DNA of 64,000 nucleotides, from positions 6,634,001 through 6,698,000 of the forward strand of contig JBHGNT010000021.1 of the NCBI GenBank assembly GCA_043228905.1, read 5' to 3'. The notes under the pieces were generated by a model. It was not told where the DNA came from. It searched no databases and was given only the letters and a program-made list of their open reading frames with translations. The position numbers and the translations under genes were made by a program. Positions 36,180 to 47,167 of the stretch are shown one piece after another. This DNA is from Azolla caroliniana. Its lineage: Eukaryota > Plantae > Polypodiophyta. Position 1 is the first letter of the stretch, and every line of letters starts with the position of its first letter.

Positions 36180-38729
36180 GAACCGATCTACAAAGAGGCT
36201 GGAGTACTTTTGTCGGGTGGTGGTTGAACCGATCTACAAAGGGGTAACAGAGCTTTGAGAAGCTCATGATTCGTGGGTGACTTTCAAGGAGGATCTATTG
36301 GAGGCATATGGCTACGAGACACGGAAGGGATGATGTCGGTGTGAGTTCGACCAGTGGGTGGCATCAGTAAAGACCTACCATGGCGCAACACAATCATTCC
36401 TAGACTTCGAATGTCATTTTTCTTAACTTTCAGAGCAGGAACAAAGATTGGTGGGGGTGGATAAGGTCTTGTTGTTCGTGAAGTCGATCAATCGAAGGGT
36501 AACGATGGCCATCAGACTCAAAATTGAAGAACATTATGTTGCAAATGACCTCACCGAGGATTGGACCAAACTAGAAAGAGTATGCCAACTACACGATAAG
36601 AGGAAGATGAGATTCTCATCAGCAACAACACAACCCACGAGGGATGATGAAAGGAGGACGGGATGCGACTACACACTACCACCGAAGGAAGAAAGCTCAA
36701 AGAGGGGAAGGTTTAACGATACTCAGCATTGAAGGCTTTATGAGACAGGCATTCGAGAACTTAAAGGCACAAGTTGAGGTTGAAGAGAATCTTCAAAAGG
36801 ACCAAGAACAGAGGCAGATGGTGATTGAGGAAGAAGAGACTTCCCAACAAATGAGGAGTAATGATACGGCCAATACGAACAAGCCACCTTCTCAACTTAC
36901 GGAGGAACGATGGTCAAGAGGAAGCCGAAGACTCAAAAGCGGGAAATGTCATTTTAAGAGTGGACGAGCATTTCGGAACACACGTTGTGTCCAAAATATC
37001 AAGTGATGAAGGTGCAAGCATGAGAAAAGCTTGCATGATCGAAGGAGATAAAGAGTGGAGGCCAACGTGATTGAGGCGATAGCCACGAGGAACGACACCG
37101 AGTCGGAGATGGCTATGGACGAGTCCACGGTAGATGGTCGTGTCAAAACTTTCCCAACACTTGATCTAGAGACTTGGGGAGTTGCATCTGAGAGCCAACA
37201 TGAGACCCAAGAGACGGAGAGAGATAGGGAAGCAAAGATTGAAACCAAAGTGAATACCAATGTTGAGGGAAAGATGGCTATGGATGAGTCGACGATGGCC
37301 GATGGTGCCAAGGTTCTCCCCACAATTGTTCCTGAGACTTCGGCAGTTGTGCCTGAGAGCCAACGTGAGATCGGAGAGACCAAAGGTGGCGGTAGGAAAT
37401 CAAAGGACCAAAACGGCAATGAGGATGAGGAGGAGGATGATCACAGACGAAGGGATCCCTGCACACCGGTTCTGAAGACTTCGGCAGTTGTGCCTGAGAG
37501 CCAACATAAGACTGGAGAGATGGAAGGTGGCGGCGAGGAGATGAGCCTAGTCAAAGCCAACGCACATGGAAGAATGGTGGTCAACAAGGAGGCCAAGAAC
37601 AAAGCTACAATAGATTTTGATGAAGAGTCAGAGAGCGGCAAGAAAGGAAGAACCGGAAGTCAATCCAAATGGAAGATGACACGATTGGTATTTCAACCCA
37701 AACGGAAGCCGACCCTGACAAGAGTTGATCAACCAGGCTCAACCCAACCGAAACCCAATCTGGCCAAACCCGATTGGTCAGATCCAATCTAGAAGGAAGT
37801 AGAATCGCTTGAAGCCGATCGGCCGAATGTGAATCTGGACAAAGGTTGACCAAGCCAGAAGCTAATTGGTCGAGGCCGATCTAGAGAGAAGTTGAGCTGG
37901 CCTAACGGGGGGTCAAAGCAGACGAGCTGCAACACTCGGTCGAGGCTGGTGAGCATGAGGAAAAGCAATCATGAGACTCAAAAGTGCGATCAGGGGAAGT
38001 TTGATAACCAAGGAGATGGTAGGGACGAAGGCAACACATGTACGATGCATGAAGGTCAACCACCTTTGACTCCGCCACATCACTCTTTTCTTCTTGGCCC
38101 ATGCCGGAGGATGTGCGGTTTGGTGGGGGTGGATGTCATGATGTTGTGTATCCAATGGGAGAAATTGTGAAATAGTGTGATTCCACACACATTACACAAA
38201 CGATTATAAATTTGAAAATTAGCCTAGGGTCTAGTGGCATTCAAGTGCATACAGAGGGGTGCAAACAAGATTTGATCTAAGATAGAAGACATTTATCTTA
38301 CCACTAGGGCTACTACCAAGTACTTTAAATGTTATATATTTCTTTTCATATTCAAAAGGCATAGGAAACAATAGTACAAAACCGTGTGCACAAAACCATG
38401 GTTCTAAGCCCATGGTTTTGTGCATGCCACAAGAGAAACCGTGTGCCCAAAAACCATGGGTCCAAGCCCATGTTAGAAGCATGGATAAACCTATAAAAAC
38501 CCTCATAAGGCTTGTGTAAGGGGGGCTCAATTTGAAGATCATCATCATCATCATCAATAGTAATAATATAATACCCTTCTTATTTTTCTTCTTGGCATTT
38601 ATTTACTTCTCAAGTGTACACTCTTCGATCTTCTCAAGTGTAATAGTGTTTCCTCGACTTTTAATATTGACATCGTCCTCTTTAAAATAACTTGGCGAAC
38701 GTCTTCCTTGGTCCAAGACCTCGGCGGTC
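36180..38729 (+). mobile_element. N2: 5'-truncated Gag-only non-autonomous LTR element (decayed ORF ~36196-38050, PPT 38121-38133, 3' LTR from 38134; final 24 bp at 60144-60167)
   Basis: Colinear, inverted homolog of N1. PPT TGGTGGGGGTGGA then TGTCATGATG. The missing LTR end AAGCAC..CGCGAATCTTCGCGACA lies right after the G3 5' LTR. Confidence 0.87.
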
Positions 38730-38730
38730 G

Positions 38731-39369
38731 AGGTATTCCTCGCGGATGCGTGGAATGAGGCGGGACCTTGGGGGTCCTGTACCGAATAACAAGAGAGAAA
38801 GGAGAAGAGACCCACTACGTGCGAGAGTTGATTCACAGGGACACGGCCCTTCGACACAAAGACGCGAGTGGGAGAGCGACACAGAGAGACACGAACGTAT
38901 GTATGTATTAACAAAGACAAACAACACAACACGGAGTCGGTTACAACCGAACAGGCCGGCGAACAGATGCCGATACCTGTTCGTAAACGCACAGAAAGGA
39001 AGGAGTAGGTTGGAGGTGCTGCCGGAAGCACTCGGGCATTCCTCAGAGAAGCGCGAGCCTCCCGAAACCTGCACAGAAGGAAGCTATGGCGTTTGCGAAC
39101 CAGAGAGAGAGAGAGAAGCCTTCGCCCACGAACCGACAACATTTCGTCCTCGACTCTCCGCGATGCCCTTTTCCCCTCCTCGTCTCCCTCCTTTTGTAGG
39201 CAAGGAAGGAGCCGTTTCCTATTAACCTCCTACCTACCAACTCTACCTACCTAGGATCGTGCATGACCCTAATTCTCTCTTATGTACACCATAAGGCGTA
39301 CGCGCATGAAGAGCCGGTTCCTATGCTCCGGCGCATCGATTCCGCTCGTGGACGGTTTTCTTCACGACA
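38731..39369 (-). repeat. G3 3' LTR (terminal ~5 bp lost)
   Basis: About 12 mismatches by eye to 59505-60143. Confidence 0.92.
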
Positions 39370-39442
39370 TCTGCCCCCACCTAACCGCGCATCCACCGGC
39401 ATGCGCCAAATTGAGTTGGGACAGAGAAAACCGGTCCAGCCT

Positions 39443-42400
39443 TCATTCCCCGCCCGTCGGTTCTTCCTCGGTTTCGGATCGTTCGTCGTCGTGACGCTTC
39501 TTGAACGCTTTGATCCGCCTCCCAGCTACCGGTATCGCCATTCTCATGCCGTCGAGCTCTGCCAAATGGTACGTCCCGTTGTCGTTGGCGCTTTGTACCA
39601 CGTAAGGCCTGAACCACCTTCTTGCAAACTTCCGTGTCGTTCGGTGCTGGTTGTCGAGGCTGCTGTCGTAGACTAGCACCCAGTCGCCTTCCTCGATCTT
39701 CTTTGGTCGGAGCCGGTGCGTCCGGTCGAACCGGGCTTTGTTCCTCGTCCTTGCCACCTGAAGCTTTTCCGCAGTCTGCTCCACGTCCTCCGGTCTTCGC
39801 TCGAGCTGTCGTATGCGCGCCGCCAACAGTTCCTCCCGGCTCATCTCGTCTTTCCAGACCATGGTTGCCCATGAGGAGATCGTACGATCCATCGGCATGA
39901 TCGGCTTCTGCCCAAACATGAGCTCTGCCGGCATGAATCCGGTTACCGAACTGTGCGTAGTTCGGTCCGCCCACAACGCGTAAGGCAACAGCCGTGGCCA
40001 GTTCCCGACTTGACCTCCGCATGCTCGAACTAACGCCTTGACGATCGGTCCGTGTCCACGCTCCACCTTCCCATTCGCCTCCGGATTGTACGCAGTGGTA
40101 AGCTAGAGCTTGAATCCTAGCCGGTCGAACAGCTCCTTGGCCTCTTCGGTATCCAACTCTCCGCGATCAGCCACGATCTTCCCGACGCACCCGTACCGGC
40201 ATATCACGTCTTCGATCAGGAACTGACATACGGCCGCGGTCGTTTTGTTCTAAAGGGCTCGGCCTTCCACCTGGTTCGTCAGATCTTCCCGAGCTAGGAC
40301 CAGATACCGCATCTGTCCTACTCCCATCGGCATCGTCACCAGATCTACCATCCATTTGAAGTTCTTCCCGATGTCGGACTATGGAGTGCATCTGACAGCT
40401 CTCGCAAGTTGTCACGAACCGATGCACGTCCCGGTACAGTCCCGGCCACCAGTACTTCCCCTTTATCTTCTCGAACGTGGCCCATGTTCCACGGTGTCCA
40501 GCCCAAGGGCTGTCGTGGTAGGCCGTCATCAGCTCCTCCTGTTCTTCCTTCATCACCACCACCCGGAGCGGGACGCCGTTCCTCTTCTTCGGGTGCTTCC
40601 ATAAGTATCCGTCCCGGAGAAAGAATCGGTAAGCTTTCTTCCGGATCCGGTTGGCCTCGTCCTTCGTCCATGACGCATCCGGCATCATTGTCCTCAAAAA
40701 TCCACCGATCTGGAGCCACTCGCCGTCATACTTGCTCTCGTCGAAGTCGTTAAGTGCCGGAGTGCTCGTCCCATCGGTCGTCACATACACCGCCTCGACG
40801 AAGTCCACGCCGACTTCTTCGTCCTCCGAAACCATGCCGCCCTCGTCATCAAACCTCGCCCTCGAAAGCATGTCGGCCATGGCGTTGTCCTTTCCGGAAA
40901 TGTGCCGTATTTCCGGATCCAGGGACTTGATGTATGCTATCCACCTGAGCATCGCCAGGTCCGGTGTCGCGCATCCGGAAACCATGCCGAGAATTGGCAG
41001 GAAATCCGTCTCGATAATCACTTCCGTCCCGATCAGGTAGTCTTTGTCGACCTTTACTGCCGAAACGATACCCCAGAGTTCGCGTTTAACCTGGGCGTAC
41101 CCTCGCTGTCGCTCACTGAGGACCTTCGCGCCGAATCGGATCGAGAACCGGGTGTCGTCCTCGTCTTCTTGGTTGACGACCCATCCGATCCCGGTCGGGC
41201 TCGTATCCACCGTTATGTATACCGGGGTACCCTTCTCGTAGACAGCCTTCCGGAGCGTCGGTGCTGCCGCAAGAGCTTCCTTCAGCTTCCGGACCGACTC
41301 CGTGTGCTCGTCTCGCCACTCGAATTTTCGCCCTTTCTTCAGCAACCCATATAGTGGCTCCGCAACGTGGGCGTAATGCGGGATCCATATGTGGTAGAAT
41401 GCGCATGCCCCCAGGAACCTCCGAACTTCCGTAACCGAGCTACAGTCGGTCTTCATCGCGGAGATGGCTTCTACCTTTGCCGGAGACGGCTTCCGGCCAT
41501 ATGGTCCACATAGGTGTCCGACCACCAGGATTTCCGATTGCCCGAAGGCCGATTTCTCCCCGGAGAAGGTGAGCCTCGCATCCTCTAGCTTTTGTAGTAC
41601 CTTCTCGCAGTCGTCGATGTGTGTTGCCACGAATCGCCGGCATCCGTCTGGTCCGAGTGTTGCGTCCTTCTCTTCTACCGGGCACCCCTTGATCGGAATG
41701 TCGTCTAGAAATGGCATGGTGATGTCCGGCATGCAATCCCTCAGTACCTTGTTCATTGCATTCACCATGTGGGCCACCGAGTTGGTCCCTCCTTGTGGCA
41801 GGGTACACATTCGCACTAGGCCGAGGGGATTTCGCATCGTCGTAATGTCTCTGCTCTCCACGGCTAGCTGGAACTCGTCTACAGATCATCGACCGAGTAA
41901 ATCGACCGAGTACAGATCATCGACCGAGTAAATCGACCTTCCGGGGAAGGCCTCCATGAACTCGTCTATGGTCGGTCCGATTCCTGCGTTCCGAATGGTC
42001 ACTCTGTTAACCGGTTGCAGGTCTTGAATGAAGCGCAATGTTCCGTTTTTCTTTGGTACGGTAAACCATCGGTTCGAGTATGGGGCACTTGACGGTTCGA
42101 GAATGCCCATATCGACTTTCTGCCTCAATAGCTCCATCAACTTCGGGATGTGAGCTCTCGGTACTGGAATTGGCTTGAGATTCCACGGTACATGCGGTAC
42201 CGTGAATATCACCATCGGCTCCACGATTGTCGGGTCTACGCACCCGATCTCTTCCGGTGAGAATGCGAAGGCTTTCCCGTGCCTTCCGAGCATCCTCCGA
42301 AACTGGTCTTCCTCCGCTGGCAGTAGGAACCCGCCCCCACCGATTTTGAGCTCCCGGAGCGTTCCGTCGGTGAAGGTGTGTCCTATGCAGACCGGATCTC

Positions 42401-42905
42401 GCAAACTGGGGTCCGACGCAACCCCTCTGATCCGGGACTCGCTGCCCTCCGGTAAGGGTGCCGTGATTGGCCTTACCTTCCGGTCCACAGTCTTGTACTT
42501 CGTGCTAACTCGGGCCGTCCGATCCGACCCGAGCCCCCGACTGAAGTTCGCGATGACTTCGTACATCTCTTCGGAACATACCGGTATCGTCCGGTCTTCG
42601 TTAAGGTCTGCTTCGGCTACCTTCCTCAGCATTCCCAAGGTGTCGTCGAAGGAGACCGCCTCCACGGCTCTGCTGATTTCCTCTTCCGGGCCGAGAACTC
42701 CGCACGCTCGAAGTCGCACTCCCGCCCTTGTCTTTTCTCGGCCAACGATGCCGACTATCATACACCCTCCATTGTTGGAGAAGCAAAACTTCCTACCTAT
42801 CGTACAGGGTTCCTTCGGTTTCGGTTCTATCGTACAGTCGTGGGGTCTTTCCCGAGTGTCCGGGCTGTCTCGGCCCCACGCCTTGGCAGCCCTCTCTAAA
42901 AATCC
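39443..42905 (-). pseudogene. pol: G3 pol (RT-RNase H-integrase), -1 frame relative to gag-PR; disrupted at ~41880-41910, ~40365 and ~40250
   Basis: KYKTVDRKVRP, YSNRWFTVPKKNG.LRFIQDLQPVN, LPQGGTNSV, FLDDIPIKG, VDTSPTGIGW, HDSPWAGH..CESCQ, ADRGE..NGKVERGH, RWFRPY. Confidence 0.92.
42839..42905 (-). promoter_or_regulatory. Predicted -1 ribosomal frameshift signal (G_GAU_UUU + 6-nt spacer + pseudoknot)
   Basis: Heptamer immediately before the gag-PR stop. The -1 frame is open into pol. Stems GGGCUG/CAGCCC, CGUGGGG/CCCCACG and CCGAG/CUCGG interleave. Confidence 0.75.
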
Positions 42906-44963
42906 TCCCGGTTCTCACCACCGAGGGATTCGCAGTTTCGCTCGTGGTTCGGCCGCACCGTCAGAAATTGGACCGAATGGCGCCCGTCCTGGCTTTTGAC
43001 CCTCGCGTAGGCCGAACCGTTGTCCAACACCTTGGTCTCCATTCGTGCCGCCGTGATGTATGGTTCCCCTAATATGACCGGGTGCGAGGACGTCTCCTGT
43101 ACGAAGAAGTGCTGGTCAATCTCGACGTCGCCGATCTTGACTCGCACGTTCGGGCAGGCCCCGTGCAGTTCCTCGGTGGCGCGCGTCGCCGCCCATATCT
43201 TCCACCCGTGCTTGGTGTTGATCGGCCACTTCCCCTTCTTATAGAAGTCCATGAACATCAGGTTTATTTCCGAACCGTGGTCCACCAACGCCACCACCGG
43301 TTCCTGAACATCTCCGATCTTTACCGGGGTCTCCGTGGTCGCTCGGGCCCAATGTGGCCTCGAATAGTGGCTCTCCGCCCACTCATCTGCCAGCGCCGAG
43401 TCGTCGATGTGCGTCGTCTGCACCTCCACCGGTCTTTCCGGTTCTGTCTCCGTCGATAGCCTCTTCCGTTTCACCAAGTCTACAATGGAGTCGTGGAACT
43501 TCTTCTTGGCGATCCCTAGCACCTCTCGCAATGACAACTCCACTTTGCTGTCGAGGATCCGTTCTTCTAGGACCTTTCGTAGGTCCGTAGTCCTTTCTAT
43601 TTCCGTCCCCAATCGGTATCCGCCCTTCCTGGGGTTATCTTGTGAGCTGGACCCACCGGCATCGTTCCGTCGTTGCCCGAATCGAGTCTCGTACCGTTGT
43701 GAGGGCCCGGCGGCTCCGGCTTTCCCCACTCGTTTGTCCTCTACCAGAGCCTTGTAGTTCCAACAGGCGGCTTCTACGAAGCCCGTCTTCTCCTCGACCG
43801 GGTCACTCCACCCGGTTATTTCCCGGACCCGTCTCTCAGCGCGGTCCGTTTCATCTTTCCTTAGGCGTGCGCTGGCGAGACCTTCCAGCATTGCCGACCA
43901 GAATCCGTCTTTGCCCTCCTTTCGGGCCTCGCTGCCCCCGACCCGAATGCCGGCCGACGCCGAGTAGTGGATGGCCTGCACCTGTCGGGTTGCTGCCTCT
44001 TCCATCAGTCTCTTCATTCCTCCTCGCCCGTCGTTTTGGTTCAGGGCCCTCCTGGTGTCGTCGGCGTGCACCCGGCCTTCCCACAAGTACACCACCCGGT
44101 TCCTCAACGCTTCTGCGAAATCGCCGCAGTCCTTCCGGATGTGGCCGACCTCGTCGCACCACATGCACCTGTTCCCTGCTGCCGGCCGTCGGTCACGAGC
44201 CGGTTCGCCGCCTTCCCTTCGAGTCTGGGCGATCTGGAGATCCTTTATCGCCCGCGTCAACTCCTCCAGCGCTGCTCCTCCGGACGAGCCATTGACCATG
44301 CCGGTCGAAGCCGGACCGGTTTCAAGCCATTCCCAGGTTTCTTCCCTTCGCACTTGCGATGCCGGTTCAAGCCTCCTTGCTGTGACAGAGCCCGCACCGG
44401 CCGCCCCGTTGTCAGCCCATTCTCGCCGTTTATCGAAACGGCCACAAACTCTCTTAACCGTAGCCCAGTCGGTTGTCAGCCCGTCCTCGGTTTCCAGCAA
44501 GGAGCCGACTTGGTCCCGGTCCCGCTCGTCCACCGACTTGACGAACAGTAGGACCCGGCTCGTATCCAGAACGGTTCGGTCAAGCGCCGAAAGGCGCGCA
44601 AAGCGATCTTCGAACTCCCGCAGGAGTGCTGTCGCGTTTCTTCCCTTGCCGGGGAACTCCACCCATTCCATGAAGTCCCGTTTCGAAAGCCGGAGCGCGT
44701 CGTCCAGCCCGTATTTTTCTAGGAGACGACCTTTGAACTCCTCCCAGGTACGGCTCTCCGCCCGCACCTCGAGCACCTCCGCATGGATGCTCGGCATCGC
44801 CACTCGAGGAAACCCGGCAAGACGCCTCTCTTCCGGAATGTCCCACATCAGCATTTCTGCCCCGTAGGACGCCAAATACTTCGTAGCATCCTTTCCGCTG
44901 AACCGGCCAATCGTACCGACGACCGCCTCAATGGCTCTGTCGAGGGCGCCGGTGCCCTCGCGT
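42896..44963 (-). CDS. gag: G3 Gag-protease, main part (N-terminal 21 codons at 59393-59455; ~708 aa when rejoined)
   Basis: CMWCDEVGHIRKDC knuckle, ALVDHGSEINLM protease, VILGEPY. Removing N1 and one GCGT restores MEGSDLAEAMASAVDQILSAR-EGTGALD in frame. Confidence 0.88.
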
Positions 44964-45627
44964 TGTCGCGAAGATACGCGTGCGAGCGTGCTTCGCTTGA
45001 GCAGGACCACCGGGGTCTTGGACCAAGGAGGATGTCCGTCGAGGTATTGAGAAGAGGATGATGTGAATGTAAGATTGGAGGAAGAACTATTACACTTGAG
45101 AAGATTGATGATTGTACACTTTCAGAAGTAGATAAATAATTACAAGATAGATGTGAAGAAGAAGAAATAGAAGCTTATATTATTGATGGTGATGATGATG
45201 GTCATATCATATTGAGCCCCCCCTTTACACAAGCCGTATTAGGGGTTTTATAGGTTTGTCCATGCACAAAACCATGGGCTTGGAGCCATGGTTTCTATGC
45301 ACACAATTTTGCTTTGTAACATGCAGGAAACCATGGGCTTAAAACCGTGGTTTTGTGTACACGATTTTGTTCGTTTGTTTCCTACGGAATACTGAATATG
45401 AGAAAGAAATATAGAATATGTAAAGCACTTAGTAGTAGCTTTAGTGGTAAGGTAATTGCCTCTTATCTTAGAGGTGCAAGGTTCAAATCCTACTTGTAAC
45501 CCTCTACATGCACTCAATGCCATTGTGACCTAGGTTTATTTATTTTCATTTTTACAAGTATTCGTGAAATGTGTGTGGATCCTCAATTTTTGACTTTTTC
45601 TCGCACTAGACATGCCACATCACAACA
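44964..45627 (-). repeat. N1 3' LTR (664 bp)
   Basis: Minus strand TGTTGTGA...TCGCGACA; about 11 mismatches by eye to the split 5' LTR. Confidence 0.93.
45436..45553 (+). promoter_or_regulatory. tRNA-like Pol III cassette within the N1 3' LTR, antisense to the element
   Basis: Box A-like TAGCTTTAGTGG (45436-45447), CTCTTA anticodon-like loop, box B GGTTCAAATCC (45480-45490), T-runs at ~45543-45552. Confidence 0.6.
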
Positions 45628-45820
45628 TCCACCCCCACCAAACCGCACATCCTCCGGTATGTGCCAAGAAGGAAAGAGTGATGTGGAAGGATCAAAGGTG
45701 GTTGGTGTTTGATTTCCTCCTTTCTTGCGCCTCGTCCGCACCGTCTTTTTGTCGTCTACTTCGAACTGTCGTTGCCATCCGATCCACCATATCATTCGCT
45801 CACCTTTTTTATTGCCATGT

Positions 45821-47162
45821 CTAGTTTTCATGGCTCCCTTTGCTCCTTTCCGAGCATAACGCTTCATGCCTCATGCATGTGCCACCTTCATCTCGGCCAT
45901 CTCCTTGGTCACCTAACTTTCCTTTATCATCATTTCTCGTCTCATGCTTGCCTTTCCTTATGCTCACTAGCCTCAACCGGGTGTCACGACTCGTCTGCTT
46001 CGACCTCCGCGTAGGCCGGTTCAACTTTTGTCTGTCTCGACCAATCAGCTTCTGGCTTGGTCGGCCTTCCTCCGGATTCGCATTCGGCTGAATCAGACTC
46101 AGACGATCGACTTTCGTCCGGGTCAGTTTCCATCCGGTTTTCGGTTGGGTCGGGCCCGTTTGATCAACTCTCGTTCGGGTCGGCTTCCGTTCGGGTCGGA
46201 ATACCAACCGCGTCATCTGCCATCCGGATTGTATTCTGGTTCTTCCTTTCTTGCCGCTATCTGGCTCTTCATCAAACTCTATTGTAGCTTTGTTTTTGGC
46301 GTCCTTGTTGGCCACCGTTCCTCCGTATGCGCTGGCGTCGACCCTCATCTCCTCGCCGCCACCTTCCATCTCTCCGGTCTTATGTTCGCTCTCGGGCACA
46401 ACTGCCGAAGTCTCCAGAATCGGTGTGGAGGGATTCCTTCGTCTATGGCCATCCTCCTCATCGTTGTTTCGGTCCTTTGATTTCCAGCCGCCACCTTCTG
46501 TCTCTCCGGTCTCACGTTGACACTCGGGCACAACTGTCGAAGTCTCAGGAACAATTGTGGGGAGAACCTCGACACCATCGGTCACCGTCTTCTCATCCGT
46601 AGCCATCTTTCGCTCAATGTTGTTATTCACATTTTCTTCAATATTTTCTTCCCCACCACTTTCCGTCTCTTGGGTCTCATGTTGGCTCTCGGACGCAACT
46701 GCCCAAGTCTCTAGATCAAGTGTTGGGAAAGTCTCGACACAATCATTCACCGTGGACTCTTCCTTAGCCATCTGCGACTCGATGTCCTTCCTCGTGGCTA
46801 CCACCTCAATCACGTCGACTTTGCACTCTTTACATCCCTTGATCACACAAGCTTCCCTCATGCTTGCACCTTCATTACTCGATATTTCGGACACAACATG
46901 TGTTCCGAAATGCTCGTCCACTCTTAAAGCAACATTTCCCGCTCTCGAGTCTTCGGCCTTTCTCTTGACCGTCGTTCCTCCATAAGTCGAGAAGGTGGCT
47001 TGTTTCACACCTTCTCCCATGGTACTGTCATACCAAACCTGGGCCTTCGTATTGGCCGCACCATTAGTCTGCATTTGTCGGGAGGTCTCCTCTTCGTCGA
47101 TCACCATTTTCCTTGGTTTTGTTTTCAACTTCTCTTCAACCTCGACTTGTGCCTTTAAGTTC
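45821..47162 (-). CDS. N1 ORF, C-terminal part: acidic, repetitive low-complexity tail
   Basis: Joins in frame to 52489-53078 after removing C5 (EALMREAL|MNLKAQVEV); three ..ETSxVVPESxHxTGExEGGG-type repeats. Confidence 0.75.
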
Positions 47163-47167
47163 ATTAA

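Noticed and set aside
38603-39240. 130-180 aa ORFs in G3 LTRs
   Set aside because: Low-complexity LTR sequence open on both strands; no motifs.
42175-44867. Long antisense ORFs over G3 (274, 298 aa) and similar ones over the copias
   Set aside because: Shadow frames of GC-rich coding sequence with no recognisable domains.
45430-45500. Functional tRNA gene
   Set aside because: Acceptor and anticodon stems do not pair convincingly; only promoter boxes are tRNA-like.
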